From NCBI GenBank assembly GCA_963758525.1, contig CAVWVQ010000002.1, positions 192,001-256,000 of the forward strand: a DNA stretch of 64,000 nt. The letters run 5' to 3'. The notes below the pieces were generated by a model that was not told where the DNA came from, made no database searches, and was given only the letters and a program-made list of their open reading frames with translations. The stretch is from an uncultured Phycisphaerales bacterium (GTDB lineage: Bacteria > Planctomycetota > Phycisphaerae > Tepidisphaerales > Tepidisphaeraceae). Position 1 is the first letter of the stretch. Each line of letters begins with the position of its first letter. Below are positions 1 through 10,717 of the stretch, one piece after another. A program made the position numbers and the translations under genes.

Positions 1-425
1 ATTGCGGGCTGCGTGTCCCAACTAATTCCGTTGGCAACGACGCCAAGTTTTCCCGTGCCGGTCCCTTCAGCCCATGAACTATCCGCGACGGCAAAAACAC
101 CGACCGTGATCGGCGGATCGCCGGCGCCTGCCAGGCTTCCGTTCAGTGCCAGCATTGCCGAACTGATCGAGGTGACGCTGCTGATGTCGAATTTGAGGAA
201 AGTGATCTGCGTATCGCCGCCGACGGTGACAGGATTGTCCACGAAGAGTTTGGGCGCGCCGCCGAAATTGGTGGCGGCGTAAAGGTCGTTGCGCACGGAT
301 GTGTCGGCGAGGAGCGTCGGTGCAGCGGCGAACAACACGCGACGCTCCAGCGATTCGACTGACGTTCGCGAACCTATTGTCGCGCCTGAATTTCTTCGGT
401 GGCGCTTCAGCTTCCACTGCGTCAT
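1..425 (-). CDS. Partial (runs off left edge) planctomycete extracellular protein with N-terminal DNRLRE/CBM96-like domain; paralog of the adjacent large surface protein
   Basis: Manual translation from ATG 425 (RBS GGAG): MTQWKLKRHRRNSG..VESLERRVLFAAAPTLLADTSVRNDLYAATNFGGAPKLFV..TQITFLKFDISSV..AMLALNGSL..GDPP..VFAVADSSWAE. Not listed in this frame in the ORF track. Confidence 0.85.
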   Translation of the reverse strand, partial: MTQWKLKRHRRNSGATIGSRTSVESLERRVLFAAAPTLLADTSVRNDLYAATNFGGAPKLFVDNPVTVGGDTQITFLKFDISSVTSISSAMLALNGSLAGAGDPPITVGVFAVADSSWAEGTGTGKLGVVANGISWDTQPA

Positions 426-483
426 CGCGTTTCTCCGAGATTTCGCGCCTCGTCAGCAATCGACCGGCAATACCGACATCGGC

Positions 484-3400
484 CTACAGAATCTCAAAAT
501 GTGAGTCGCTTCCGGGTTTTACTCTCTTGGGGATGCTTGCTGTCAGGAACTTGCCGGCAACAAACCGGGTGGAGGCATCGATCTTCCGGGCCGTAACGTT
601 GCGGATGATGCTCGCGGCTCCGCCGATGAGCTTGTCATCGCCATCGAGATAGGTGCCGTCCACCGGATCGACGCCAGCGGCAACGACGGAAGCGGCCAGG
701 CTGCCCGTGACCTTGAACGCGCGGATGGCGCCGGTGGAGAAGATGTCGGCGTCGGCTCCTTCCCCTCCAAGCTCGCCGTCAGCGCCGAGATTGGCACCGG
801 CGAGGATGCGGGCGCCAGAGGCGCTGACCAGCGAGAGCGCGCCGATGCCTCCCCCGGCGGCGATCGTCCCGCCGCGCACGTTGCCGATCGAAAGTGTGCC
901 GATCGCGCCGGTGGCCGACAATGTGCCGGCCAGATCGACCACGTTGCTGACAAGATTGCGGAGGGTGCCGGTAACCGTTAAATCGCCAAGCGTCACGCGG
1001 CGAGAGCCTCCCCTGGTGGTGATCGACAGCATGGCGCCCTTCGCGCCGGCGGCAATTTCCAGGTGAAGTCCGTTGGTAGCGAGAAAGGCTTGTCCGGTGC
1101 CGCCGACGATGGAGAGCGTGACCTTGACGTTGTTGATGGAGACGGTGAGCTTGACGTTCTTCCTGCCCGAGACGCCGAACGATCCCAGCGGGGTTCCCGC
1201 GTTCGCATTTTTCGTCCCTACGACGCTCAGTTTGCGGACGATGCTCGAAGAGGAGATGCCGTTGGTGCCCAGGACGAGATGCCCGTCGGAAGTCTGCGTG
1301 CCAAAGGCGCTGCTGACGCTGGAACCGGAAACAATTTCCGAAGCGCCGCCGACCGACGCCGGCAACGTCAGTTTCCCCAGCAGCCCGAAGCTAGCGATGG
1401 GTGCGCCTGTCTGATCGAAGGCGGCGATGGCCGTCGGCGTGCCCGAGGCATTGGTAGTGCCGGCGACAACGATCTGTCCGCCCGGCTGCAGGAAGACCGC
1501 GTCGGCATCGTCGGTCGTGCCGAACGCTGCGGTGGCCAGCCCGTTGGTTCCGAAGCTGGAAATGACATTCCCGTTGGCATCCAGATGAACGACGCCAAAG
1601 TGGCCCGCCGTGGTCTGGTTGGCGACGAGAATCGAGTTGTCGGCCTCGATCGCGAGACCTTCCGTGTGATCGCCGGTGGACTGCGAGGTATTGGCCACCA
1701 GTCCCGGGACGATGACCAAGCCGCTGCTGCCGAAGGTGGTGTCGGCGTTGCCCGAAGTGTTGAGACGGACGACAACCACCTGCGGACCGGTGCTGCCCAC
1801 GGCAACAAGATCTCCGTTGCTTTGGAAAGCGATGGAGCCCACGACATCGGTCGAGCTGCCCACGTCGAACAGTTGCCGTCCGCTCTGTCCGAAACCTGAG
1901 GCGAGATTGCCATTGGCGTCGTAGTCGGCAAAGGCGAAGTTTCCGTTGGACGTGCCTCCGGCGGCGATCGTTCCATTGGGGTTCAACGCCAGTGAATAGA
2001 CGGCTTCATTGGAAGCGCCGAAATTGGTCACGACGGACCCGCCGCTTCCGAAAGCGGTATCGAGCTGGCCGGAGGTGTTGTACCGCTGCAGCAGAAATCC
2101 GCCGCCCGATCCGCCTGCTACGATGCTGTTCCCCTGCGCCAAAACCGCGTGGAACGTTTCGTTGGCCGAGGCGGCTGTGGTGACAAATCCGTTGGCGCCG
2201 AAATCGGTGGCTACGGTGCCGTCGGCGTTGAACAGCTCAATGACACCCTGCGCTTTGCCCGCGGCGGCGTCCCCCTGCTCCCCGACAACGGCGACCTGCC
2301 CATCGGCCAGAACCGCCGTTCCCTCCGCGGTAAACGGCGTGCTGACGGCGCTGCCGCCGTTGAACGTTGCGTCGTTCGGATTGGCGGGCGTCGGAATATT
2401 GACGACGAAATTGGCCGTCGTTGCGGCGATGCCGTTGCCGCTCGTGTCTTTCACCGATCCGGCAGCCAGCGAGACCGAATAGGTCCCGTTGCTCGCATAG
2501 CTCCATCCGCCGTTGAGAGGGGTAACGGAGTAGATTGCCGTCACTGTCTGTGCGTTGCCCGCCGGGGTATTGGCGACGCCGGCGACGGTGAGCGCGCCCG
2601 ACGGTCCGGTGACAGTGAGATTCGAGGCGGCGATCGTTGAGGCCTTGACGTTTCCCGCGTCGGTATAGACGACGACAATCTGCTCGGGCCCAAGCGATGC
2701 GCTGGTGAACCCCGGAGCAATAATCGAGACGGCGGGAGGGGTGGTATCCGGAATTGCCGCGTTGACGGTAAACGACGTCGAGGTGGACGCGGCGGAATTG
2801 CCGGAGGTGTCTTTCACCTGATTGGCCCCGAGCGTCACGGTGTAGGTGCCGTTGGCGGTGTGGGACCATGCGCCGCCGGGCGCATCGACGGCGTAGCTTG
2901 CCGTGACAGTCTTGCCGGAACCGGTGAAGGTGACGCCTGAGACATTGAGCGCGCCGCTGGGGCCGGTCACGGTGAGATTGGTTTTCTTGATCTTCGTCGT
3001 ATCGATGGCGACGTTGTCCGTGTAGACCGCGCTGACTTCCTCTGTGGCGGCGCCCGGTGCGGTGATGTTTGGCGCATCCAGGACAGCGACAGGCGCCACC
3101 GTGTCCGGGATCACGGCGTTGACCATGAACGTGGCGGTGCCGCCGATGTCGGCGTTGGCGCTGGTGTCCTTCACGTGGTTCGCCGCAAGCGTGACCGTGT
3201 ACATTCCGTTGTCGCCGGGGGCCCATGCGCCGCCGGGGGCGTTGAACGTATAGATTGCGGTGATGGTCGGCCCGTTCACTGCGGGGAGCTTGGTGAGATT
3301 AAACAGGGACAGGGTTCCGCCGGGGCCGCTGACCGACAGGCTGGTGTTGTCGATGGTTGCGGCGTTGATGGCTGTATTGTCGGTGTAGACGACAGTGACG

Positions 3401-5520
3401 GTCTCCGTCGTTCCGCCGGGCGCGTTGACATTGGGGGCACTGATCGAGTGCGTCGGCGGCACAACGTCGGGAACGGGAACGCCGACCATGAACGCGCCGG
3501 TCTTCGCGGCATTGCCGTTGTTGTTCGTGTCGGTCACGGCGCCGCCGAGCACGGTGATGTTGTACGTCCCGTTATCGGTGGAAGCCCACGGCTGACCGCT
3601 GGCTTTGGTTACCGTGTAGGTGGCGGTCACAATGCTCGAGTCGGCGGACGGCGTCGTCGCGACGCCGGTCACGTTCAGCGCGGCCGGGCCGCTCACGCTG
3701 ATGTCGGCCAGCCCGATGGTGGTGAATTTAACGGCCACGTCGTCCGTGTAGACGACCGTGATCTGCTGCGTGTCGCCCCCGATCACGCTGATGTTCGGCG
3801 CCGAAACGCTGCTGGCCACCGGGGCGGTGGAGTCGGCGATGCCCACGGTGAAGTTTGCGCCGCCGGCGGCAATGCCATTGTTCGACGTGTCCGTCACGGA
3901 GCCGGCGCCGATCGAGATCGTATAGCTTCCGTCCTGCGCCGCGTCCCATCCTCCCGCCGGGGCGGCTACCTGATAGGTGGCGGTGATCGTCTTCGCGTTG
4001 GCCGAAGGAGACGTCGCCACGCTGGCGGCGTTGCGCGATCCGCCCGGACCGTTGACAGTGAGATCAGTCAGCCCAATCGAGTTGAAGTCAACCGCGACAT
4101 CGTCGGTGTAGACCACTGTTACCGCTTCGTTCTGATTGCCCGCGGCGTTGACCGGCGGCGCGGTAATGCTGGCGATCACCGGAGCGGTCGCATCTCCAAT
4201 ATTGACGCTGAAGTTGCCGCCGCCCGCGCCGATGCCGTTGTTCGATGTGTCCTTCACGGAGTTGGCGGCGATCGCGATGTTGTAGCTGCCGTCCTGCGTG
4301 GCGTTCCAGCCGCCCGCTGGCGCTGCAATCTGATACGTGGCGGTGACCGTCTTCGCATTACCCGCAGGAGACGTCCCGACCATGGTGGCGTTACGCGATC
4401 CTCCCGGCCCGTTGACGGTGATGTCCGTCAGGCCGATGCTCCCAGCATTGACCGCAACATCGTCAGTATAGACAACCGTGATCGGCTCGTTGGCATTGCC
4501 CGCGGCGCTCACTACCGGAGCATTGATGCTCGCAATGACCGGCGAAGTCGTGTCCGGAACCGCCACGGTGAAGTTCGCTCCCGTGGTGCCGGCAAAATTG
4601 TTGTTCGCGTCTTCCACCTGGGTCGCCTTGAGCGTGACGGTATAGCTCCCGTCATCGGCGGCGGTCCAGGCAGAGCCGTTGGGAGCAACGATCGTGTAGG
4701 TGGCAAACACGTCGTCGGGATTGGAGGCGTCGACTGTCACGTTATTGCCGATCGACGCGCCGCCGGTGACCGTGAGATTGCCGGCGACGATCGTTCCCGT
4801 GCTGATGGCAGCGGGCCCGGAGTATTCGGCAACGACCGTTTCATGAGCGCCGGGGGTCGTGACGGGGCCGGCGGGAGTGAGCGTGGCGGTGGGGTTGGCG
4901 GCGGGAGTGTTGTCAATCACCAGCGCGGGTGCCGTGCCACCCTCCTTGGAGTCAAACTGCGCGGGATTGGCGCTTGGCGTGGAGCTTTCGATCGCCAGGG
5001 AAATTGTCGTATTTCCCTGCTGCTTTTGGGCCTGGATGTACGAGCTGATGTCGAACGTGTCGATCTGCGGATTGACGGAGCCGACGGTGGCGGTCGCGCC
5101 GCTGATCGTCGAGCCGATCGGCGGTTCGTTATTGAACGTGATCCCGCTTTCTGTCCAGGAGCTGTCGGAGACGGCGAAGACGCTTGCACTCACCGGGGGG
5201 TCGCCCGGATTCGTCAGGCTGCCGTTGAGCTTGAGCATCGCGGAGTTGATGGTGTTGATGCCGCTGATGTCAAACTTCAGGAACGCGATCTGAGTGGCGT
5301 TGGTGGGCGTGGGGTCCTGAATAAACAGCTCGGGAGCGCTGCCGAAGTTGGTATCAGCGGAGGCGGAGGTGACAGATGCGTCGGCAACGAGGGATGCATT
5401 GGTTGTCGAGAGGAGCACCCGGCGTTCGAGAAATTCCACGCATGCCCTGGCCGCCTGGTGCAGCCGACAACGCGCTTCGGACCTCGAGTTCAGACGGCGG
5501 CTCTTCACATGAGACTGCAT
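484..5520 (-). CDS. Large secreted/surface protein: planctomycete extracellular signature, DNRLRE/CBM96-like domain, 7 tandem ~120-aa Ig-like repeats, delta-60-type beta-propeller repeats, Gly/Asp-rich C-terminal domain
   Basis: VEFLERRVLLS motif; AFLKFDISG..WTESGITFNN; repeats DTT.P....AP..VVYTD.VAV..W....G.Y; LDT.FG..G repeats; ATG 5520 with GAGGAG RBS. Confidence 0.88.
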   Translation of the reverse strand: MQSHVKSRRLNSRSEARCRLHQAARACVEFLERRVLLSTTNASLVADASVTSASADTNFGSAPELFIQDPTPTNATQIAFLKFDISGINTINSAMLKLNGSLTNPGDPPVSASVFAVSDSSWTESGITFNNEPPIGSTISGATATVGSVNPQIDTFDISSYIQAQKQQGNTTISLAIESSTPSANPAQFDSKEGGTAPALVIDNTPAANPTATLTPAGPVTTPGAHETVVAEYSGPAAISTGTIVAGNLTVTGGASIGNNVTVDASNPDDVFATYTIVAPNGSAWTAADDGSYTVTLKATQVEDANNNFAGTTGANFTVAVPDTTSPVIASINAPVVSAAGNANEPITVVYTDDVAVNAGSIGLTDITVNGPGGSRNATMVGTSPAGNAKTVTATYQIAAPAGGWNATQDGSYNIAIAANSVKDTSNNGIGAGGGNFSVNIGDATAPVIASITAPPVNAAGNQNEAVTVVYTDDVAVDFNSIGLTDLTVNGPGGSRNAASVATSPSANAKTITATYQVAAPAGGWDAAQDGSYTISIGAGSVTDTSNNGIAAGGANFTVGIADSTAPVASSVSAPNISVIGGDTQQITVVYTDDVAVKFTTIGLADISVSGPAALNVTGVATTPSADSSIVTATYTVTKASGQPWASTDNGTYNITVLGGAVTDTNNNGNAAKTGAFMVGVPVPDVVPPTHSISAPNVNAPGGTTETVTVVYTDNTAINAATIDNTSLSVSGPGGTLSLFNLTKLPAVNGPTITAIYTFNAPGGAWAPGDNGMYTVTLAANHVKDTSANADIGGTATFMVNAVIPDTVAPVAVLDAPNITAPGAATEEVSAVYTDNVAIDTTKIKKTNLTVTGPSGALNVSGVTFTGSGKTVTASYAVDAPGGAWSHTANGTYTVTLGANQVKDTSGNSAASTSTSFTVNAAIPDTTPPAVSIIAPGFTSASLGPEQIVVVYTDAGNVKASTIAASNLTVTGPSGALTVAGVANTPAGNAQTVTAIYSVTPLNGGWSYASNGTYSVSLAAGSVKDTSGNGIAATTANFVVNIPTPANPNDATFNGGSAVSTPFTAEGTAVLADGQVAVVGEQGDAAAGKAQGVIELFNADGTVATDFGANGFVTTAASANETFHAVLAQGNSIVAGGSGGGFLLQRYNTSGQLDTAFGSGGSVVTNFGASNEAVYSLALNPNGTIAAGGTSNGNFAFADYDANGNLASGFGQSGRQLFDVGSSTDVVGSIAFQSNGDLVAVGSTGPQVVVVRLNTSGNADTTFGSSGLVIVPGLVANTSQSTGDHTEGLAIEADNSILVANQTTAGHFGVVHLDANGNVISSFGTNGLATAAFGTTDDADAVFLQPGGQIVVAGTTNASGTPTAIAAFDQTGAPIASFGLLGKLTLPASVGGASEIVSGSSVSSAFGTQTSDGHLVLGTNGISSSSIVRKLSVVGTKNANAGTPLGSFGVSGRKNVKLTVSINNVKVTLSIVGGTGQAFLATNGLHLEIAAGAKGAMLSITTRGGSRRVTLGDLTVTGTLRNLVSNVVDLAGTLSATGAIGTLSIGNVRGGTIAAGGGIGALSLVSASGARILAGANLGADGELGGEGADADIFSTGAIRAFKVTGSLAASVVAAGVDPVDGTYLDGDDKLIGGAASIIRNVTARKIDASTRFVAGKFLTASIPKRVKPGSDSHFEIL

Positions 5521-6069
5521 TTTCACGCTTTTCTCCTCAAAACGCCCCGGCCATTGACCAGATCCCGGCAGACGACGACGAACGAGCCTGCCGCGCAGGT
5601 TCATGCGCAATCGCTCAAAACGCCCTGATGATACCTGTTAGCCGCGGAACCGCCGCCAAACCCCTGCTTGTCTTCGTGAGAGACCCGGTCCGCTGCCGAG
5701 AATGTGAATCGATCATTGCTCGACGCTGGCGATTATAGAGCAAAGCGCCCAACGGAGCTATGGGCAACTACCGGATGTGTTCGCCGATGAACCCGTTTTT
5801 CCTCAGCACTTTGCGTAGCTTTTTCCGATCAAATGGACTGGCGGACGATTTGCGGGCGATGCCCGCCGTGCATTAAGGTTGATCGTCGGGAGAAGAAGTT
5901 TGATGATCACGCGCCAGAGCACGCTTTCAGCGGCTGCCCCCGGGGCAGCATAACTGCCCCATGCGGGCGCGGCACGCCGCAATTTGCGCTGCTGTGGATG
6001 GCGGGCGTTGATAGCATAACTTCCGATACGCGGCGGCTCGGAAGGTTCATCACAAGCGAAGGAGGACTC

Positions 6070-7317
6070 ATGTCACGTTCCTGGAAGATCCTGGTTGGCG
6101 CCTGTGCGGGCGTCGTAAGCGGACTGATGGCCGGCGTCCGCGCCGATGAGGCTTCGGCAATGGCGCCCGATCCCCACATGACGCTCACACAGCCCAACTA
6201 CGCCGCCGTCGCGCCAGCGGCCCGGGCGCCGCTGATGGCCGCGCTCGATCAGACCGGCGTCGGTGAGGCGCTCGATGCGGCACGCATCAACATCTACGGG
6301 CACATCGAAGGCTCGTACACATGGAACTTCGACAACCCCGCGAAGAGCCTGAATATCGGCCGGGTGTTTGACATCAAGCACAATGACCCCGAAGTCAATC
6401 AGGCTGATTTGAATATCGAACGAACCGTCGATCTGACGTCTCATCAGTTTGACATCGGCGGCCGCCTCGAGCTGATGTATGGAACGGACGCCCGTTTCAT
6501 TCACTCCAGCGGATTGCTCGACGGGCAGGACTTCTTCCACGGCCCCGAATACCAGTTCGACATCCCGCAGGTCTACCTCGACTTTGGCGTCCCGCTCGGC
6601 GACGGGCTGCGCATCCGCGTCGGCAAATTCCTCTTCTTTAAACAGATCGATCCCAACGCCAGCGTCTTTTATTCGCACAGCTTCACCTTCGGAGCCGCAC
6701 TCCCCTTTACGCTGACCGGCGCCAGCGGCCTGTACAACATCAACGACCAGTGGAGCATCGAGGGGGGGTTCTCGCGCGGCTGGGGCCAGTCTCTGCGGGA
6801 TAACAACGGCGCGATCGACGGATTCGGCCGCATTCGCTACTCGCCCAGCGACAAGACCAATCTCACCCTGGCCTTCATCAGCGGCCCCGAAGACGACGGG
6901 GACAACAGCCACTATCGCGATGCGGTCGACCTCACACTCACACAGGCACTGGGCGAGAACCTCACGTTCCTCCTCGACAGCGTCTACGGAAATGACGCCG
7001 CTGGCTCGCCCACCGGCGGCAACGCCAACTGGTACGGCGTCGCCGGGTATCTCGTCCTGAAGCTGGACGATCATATCAGCCTGGCCGGACGCGGCGAGTG
7101 GTATCGCGACGAAGAGGCGTTCACCACCGGCGTCGCCCAGAGCCTGTTCGAGGCCACCGTTGGGGTGACCATCACTCCCTTCCCTTCAAACCCGACGGCG
7201 TCCTTCTTCAAGATCCGCCCGGAAGTCCGCTACGACTACGCCACGCGCGACTACTTCGACGGGCTCACGAAGCACGATCAGTTGACTGCAGCAGTCGATG
7301 CGATTTTCAACTTCTGA
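6070..7317 (+). CDS. Outer-membrane beta-barrel porin (putative beta-barrel porin-2/OmpL-like)
   Basis: GGAGG RBS, signal peptide, YGTDARF and FYSHSF motifs, RPEVRYD, C-terminal Phe. Confidence 0.8.
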   Translation: MSRSWKILVGACAGVVSGLMAGVRADEASAMAPDPHMTLTQPNYAAVAPAARAPLMAALDQTGVGEALDAARINIYGHIEGSYTWNFDNPAKSLNIGRVFDIKHNDPEVNQADLNIERTVDLTSHQFDIGGRLELMYGTDARFIHSSGLLDGQDFFHGPEYQFDIPQVYLDFGVPLGDGLRIRVGKFLFFKQIDPNASVFYSHSFTFGAALPFTLTGASGLYNINDQWSIEGGFSRGWGQSLRDNNGAIDGFGRIRYSPSDKTNLTLAFISGPEDDGDNSHYRDAVDLTLTQALGENLTFLLDSVYGNDAAGSPTGGNANWYGVAGYLVLKLDDHISLAGRGEWYRDEEAFTTGVAQSLFEATVGVTITPFPSNPTASFFKIRPEVRYDYATRDYFDGLTKHDQLTAAVDAIFNF

Positions 7318-7438
7318 GCGCCTATGGACTGCCGCGCGCCGCGGAGCCGAGCGACCTGGCGCCAAGCGTCGCCGGCCCGCGCTTGGGGATTGCAGAACTT
7401 GCGAGCACCCCATTACCTGTTTAAAGCCCGTCGCATTA

Positions 7439-7531
7439 CCCCCCTCTCCCGGTACGCCGGTACTCCGGGAGAGGGCTGGGGTGAGGGTGATTTCGAGGGC
7501 CGGCAGCGCCAAGGTCTAAAATCATCCTCAC
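7439..7531. repeat. REP-like palindrome, family A (CCCTCTCCCGG..CCGGGAGAGGG + GGGGTGAGGGTGATTT)
   Basis: Hairpin; related copies at ~14421 and ~32542. Confidence 0.75.
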
Positions 7532-7673
7532 GGCGGAAGACGCCATCGTCAGCTCGAGCGCAACGAGGTCGCAGCGACCTCCGCCTCGCGCCTCAGTCTT
7601 TCCGCTTGCGGGCCCCTATTTTTGCCCGGCTCGGGTGTAACTTCCAATCCTGTCTATTGCGGATCTTGCGCTG

Positions 7674-7741
7674 GTAGGGCGGGATTCATCCCGCCGTTTT
7701 CTCAGCCGGCCAACAAATCGGCGGGATGAATCCCGCCCGAC
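7674..7741. repeat. GTAG-type REP doublet (REPIN-like)
   Basis: GTAGGGCGGGATTCATCCCGCC ... GGCGGGATGAATCCCGCCCGAC inverted pair. Confidence 0.8.
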
Positions 7742-7882
7742 GGAGCCAATCGCCACTTTCGAGCGCCACACGCCAGATCCATGGAAACGTCGGCGTCCTC
7801 GCGTATTGCCCGAGTTTCGGTAATATTTAGCGACCGAGGTTTGGTTTGGCAGCTTGGCGGACTCTTGAAACGAAGGAACGAT

Positions 7883-8929
7883 ATGAAGCAAGCCTTTCTT
7901 GCGGCGGTCGTGATCAGTGCAGGCTTTTTTTTGAGCGGATGCGGTAAATCCGATTCCGGCGGCAGCGGTTCGGGAGGTGGCAGCAGCACGACGCAGCCAA
8001 CAACCGCATCGGCAGACAAGCCGCAGATCGCGGTGATCGCCAAGAGCACGGTGAACGCGTACTGGAAAGCCGTGGAGGCCGGCGCGGAGCAGGCCGCGGC
8101 TGAAGCGAATGTCGACATCATCTGGACCGGCCCGGACGCGGAGACGAATCACACGCAGCAAGCCAATATGGTCGACAATATGGTGACGCGCGGCGTCAAT
8201 GGAATCGTGCTGGCGCCGACGAATGTCGATGCGCTGGTTCGACCTGTTGAGAACGCCGTTGCCCGGAATATTCCGGTGATCCTGATCGACTCGACCGTGA
8301 AGAGCGATAAGCCGCTCAGCGTGATCGCCACCGACAACTATGCCGCGGGCCAGCAGGCGGCCGAAGCGCTGATCAAGGCGATGGGAACGAATCACAAGTT
8401 TGGCGGCAAGGTTATCATGCTCCGATTCCTCGAGGGCTCCGGTTCCACCGAGGCCCGCGAAAAAGGGTTTGCCGATCGCATCGCCAAGGAACCCGGTCTG
8501 TCGCTTGCCGACTCCATCTACACCCGCGGCGGAGGTTCGACTACAGACGCCGCCGACACTGCCGACGCGCTGATTCGCCGATTCGTCAACAACAACGAAT
8601 TGCAGGTCGACGGAATTTTTGCGTCGAATCAGCCGACCGCGATCGGCATGCTGCGAAAGCTCGACCAGTTTCGGGCGCAGGGCACGACGATCGACTGCCC
8701 CTATGTCGGCTTTGACGCCCACGAAGTTCTGCTCAAGGGCATTCGTGATGGCAAGATTGCCGCCATCGTCACGCAGGATCCCAAGAAGATGGGATACCTG
8801 GGCGTGAAGTCGATGGCGGCATATCTCAAGGGCGAAAAGATTGAACCGAAGATCGCCACGTCGACGTTGACTGTGACCAAGGAAAACATCGATCTCCCGG
8901 CCACCAAAGCCATCACATTGGAGAACTGA
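7883..8929 (+). CDS. Sugar ABC transporter substrate-binding lipoprotein (RbsB-like)
   Basis: Lipobox FLSGC; IAVIAKS..YWKAV; ATDNYAAG; VGFD; TQDP..MGY. Confidence 0.9.
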   Translation: MKQAFLAAVVISAGFFLSGCGKSDSGGSGSGGGSSTTQPTTASADKPQIAVIAKSTVNAYWKAVEAGAEQAAAEANVDIIWTGPDAETNHTQQANMVDNMVTRGVNGIVLAPTNVDALVRPVENAVARNIPVILIDSTVKSDKPLSVIATDNYAAGQQAAEALIKAMGTNHKFGGKVIMLRFLEGSGSTEAREKGFADRIAKEPGLSLADSIYTRGGGSTTDAADTADALIRRFVNNNELQVDGIFASNQPTAIGMLRKLDQFRAQGTTIDCPYVGFDAHEVLLKGIRDGKIAAIVTQDPKKMGYLGVKSMAAYLKGEKIEPKIATSTLTVTKENIDLPATKAITLEN

Positions 8930-8954
8930 AACGCGCTTGGGTGTCAGGTATCCG

Positions 8955-9091
8955 GGCGGTGCAAAACCCGTTTCACCACCCCCACGCCGAGTCTGAGGTA
9001 CGCCGAAGGCTCGGATCGGCCGCCGGAAAATCCGAGCCTTCGGAGTACCCAGACGCGGCGTAGTGGGCGGATTTAAGGTTTGAAACCGCTC
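8955..9091. repeat. Palindromic intergenic repeat, family C
   Basis: CCACGCCGAGTCTGAGGTAC..GGCTCGGAT / ATCCGAGCC..GTACCCAGACGCGGCGTAG; related copy at ~34133. Confidence 0.7.
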
Positions 9092-9158
9092 CTAAACGAT
9101 GGTAGGAAGCGCCTCGTAGCGATGGCATAGTCTGCGGCTTTTCGAGCGAAGGTGGAGC

Positions 9159-10717
9159 ATGTCAGAATCCGTTGGATCACCCACCGCAGGCGTTCCACTG
9201 CTCACCATGCGAGCCGTTCACAAGCGCTTCGGTCCGACGATCGCGCTCAAATCCGTCGATCTCACCCTCTTCGGCGGCGAAGTGCTCGCGCTCATCGGGG
9301 AAAACGGCGCCGGGAAGAGCACGCTGATGAAAGTGCTCAGCGGCGCCCACATCGCCGACGCCGGCGCGATGACGTTCGACGGCAAGCCGTATGCTCCCGG
9401 CAATCCATTGGCGGTGCGCAATGCGGGCGTGGCGATGATTTACCAGGAGCTGTCCATCGCGCCGCACCTGTCGGTCATGGAAAACATCCTGCTGGGCGTT
9501 GAGCCGGGGACGGGGCCGATGGTCAGTTGGGGGCAAATGCGCGATCGCGCCAAGCAGGCGCTGCGCGAAGTGGGCCGCAGCGATATCTCCCCTTCCGCAC
9601 TCGCCGGCGATCTTTCGATCGCGGAACAACAACTGGTTGAAATCGCCCGCTCGGTCGCGCTGGGCTGCCGGGTGCTGGTGCTGGATGAACCGACCAGCAG
9701 TCTCACGCGCCGCGACATCGAAAACCTCTTCGCGATGCTTCGCCGGCTGCGGGCACAAGGCCTTGGCATCGTCTACATCTCGCACTTTCTGGAAGAAGTG
9801 CGGGCGATCAGCGATCGCTTCACGGTGCTGCGCGACGGCTCGTCCGTCGGTGAAGGAAAGACAGCCGACGTCAGCGACGAAGACATTATCCGCCTGATGG
9901 TCGGACGAAACGTGGAGGATCTCTATCCGCGCACGCATCACCATGCCGGCGAGGTCGTGCTGAGCGTCAGCAAAATTGCCGGGGAAGCCAAGCCGTTGAG
10001 CGCGACGCTCGACCTGCATCGCGGCGAGGTGCTCGGCGTCGCCGGCCTGATCGGCGCAGGGCGCACCGAACTGCTTCGAACTATTTTTGGGCTGGACCGT
10101 GTCAGGAGCGGAGAGATACGCGTGCTCATGCACCAGGGTCCGGCTGCGCCAAGCCAGCGGTGGGAACAGGGTGTCGGCATGGTGAGCGAGGATCGCAAGA
10201 CCGAAGGTCTGGCTCTGCAGATGAGCATCGCCGACAACATCACCCTGTCCAATCCGCATGGCTTGGGGCCGATGGGACTGGTGTTTCCGAGCCGGCAGGA
10301 TTCCGCATCTTTTCCCTGGATTCGCAAGCTGTCGATCAAATGCGCATCGCCGCGGCAGAACGTGGGGGACCTTTCGGGCGGCAATCAGCAGAAGGTCGCG
10401 ATCGCGCGGCTGCTGCATCACAACGCCGATGTGCTGCTGCTGGACGAACCGACGCGCGGCGTCGATATCGGCGCCAAGCGCAAATCTACCAACTGATCAA
10501 CGAGCTGGCTGTGGGCGACGAGGCGGGCGGGCGCAGACCCTGCGCGATTCTCGTGGTCAGCAGCTATCTGCCGGAATTGCTCGGCATCTGCGATCGGATC
10601 GCGGTGATGAGCCGCGGCATCCTCGGGGCAAGCCGGCCGGTCGATGAATGGAATGCTCACACTTTGATGGTCGAAGCCGTCGGCCAGGAAACCCAACGTA
10701 CGGGGACCTCAGCATGA
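9159..10717 (+). CDS. Sugar ABC transporter ATP-binding protein (RbsA-like, two ABC domains), frameshift at ~10478
   Basis: GENGAGKST, LDEPTS, LSGGNQQK, LDEPTRGVDIGAK; continues AQIYQLI..VSSYLPELLGICDRI in another frame to TGA 10717, overlapping the next ATG. Confidence 0.9.

Noticed and set aside
3175..5628. 817-aa plus-strand ORF
   Set aside because: Antisense shadow of the surface protein gene; Arg/Gly/Val-rich with no motifs, typical of high-GC DNA
5521..6069. Structured ncRNA/c-di-GMP riboswitch in the long divergent spacer
   Set aside because: No convincing consensus motifs found by eye on either strand
10470..10490. Programmed ribosomal frameshifting at the split genes
   Set aside because: No slippery heptamers; the shared GCGC context points to sequencing error
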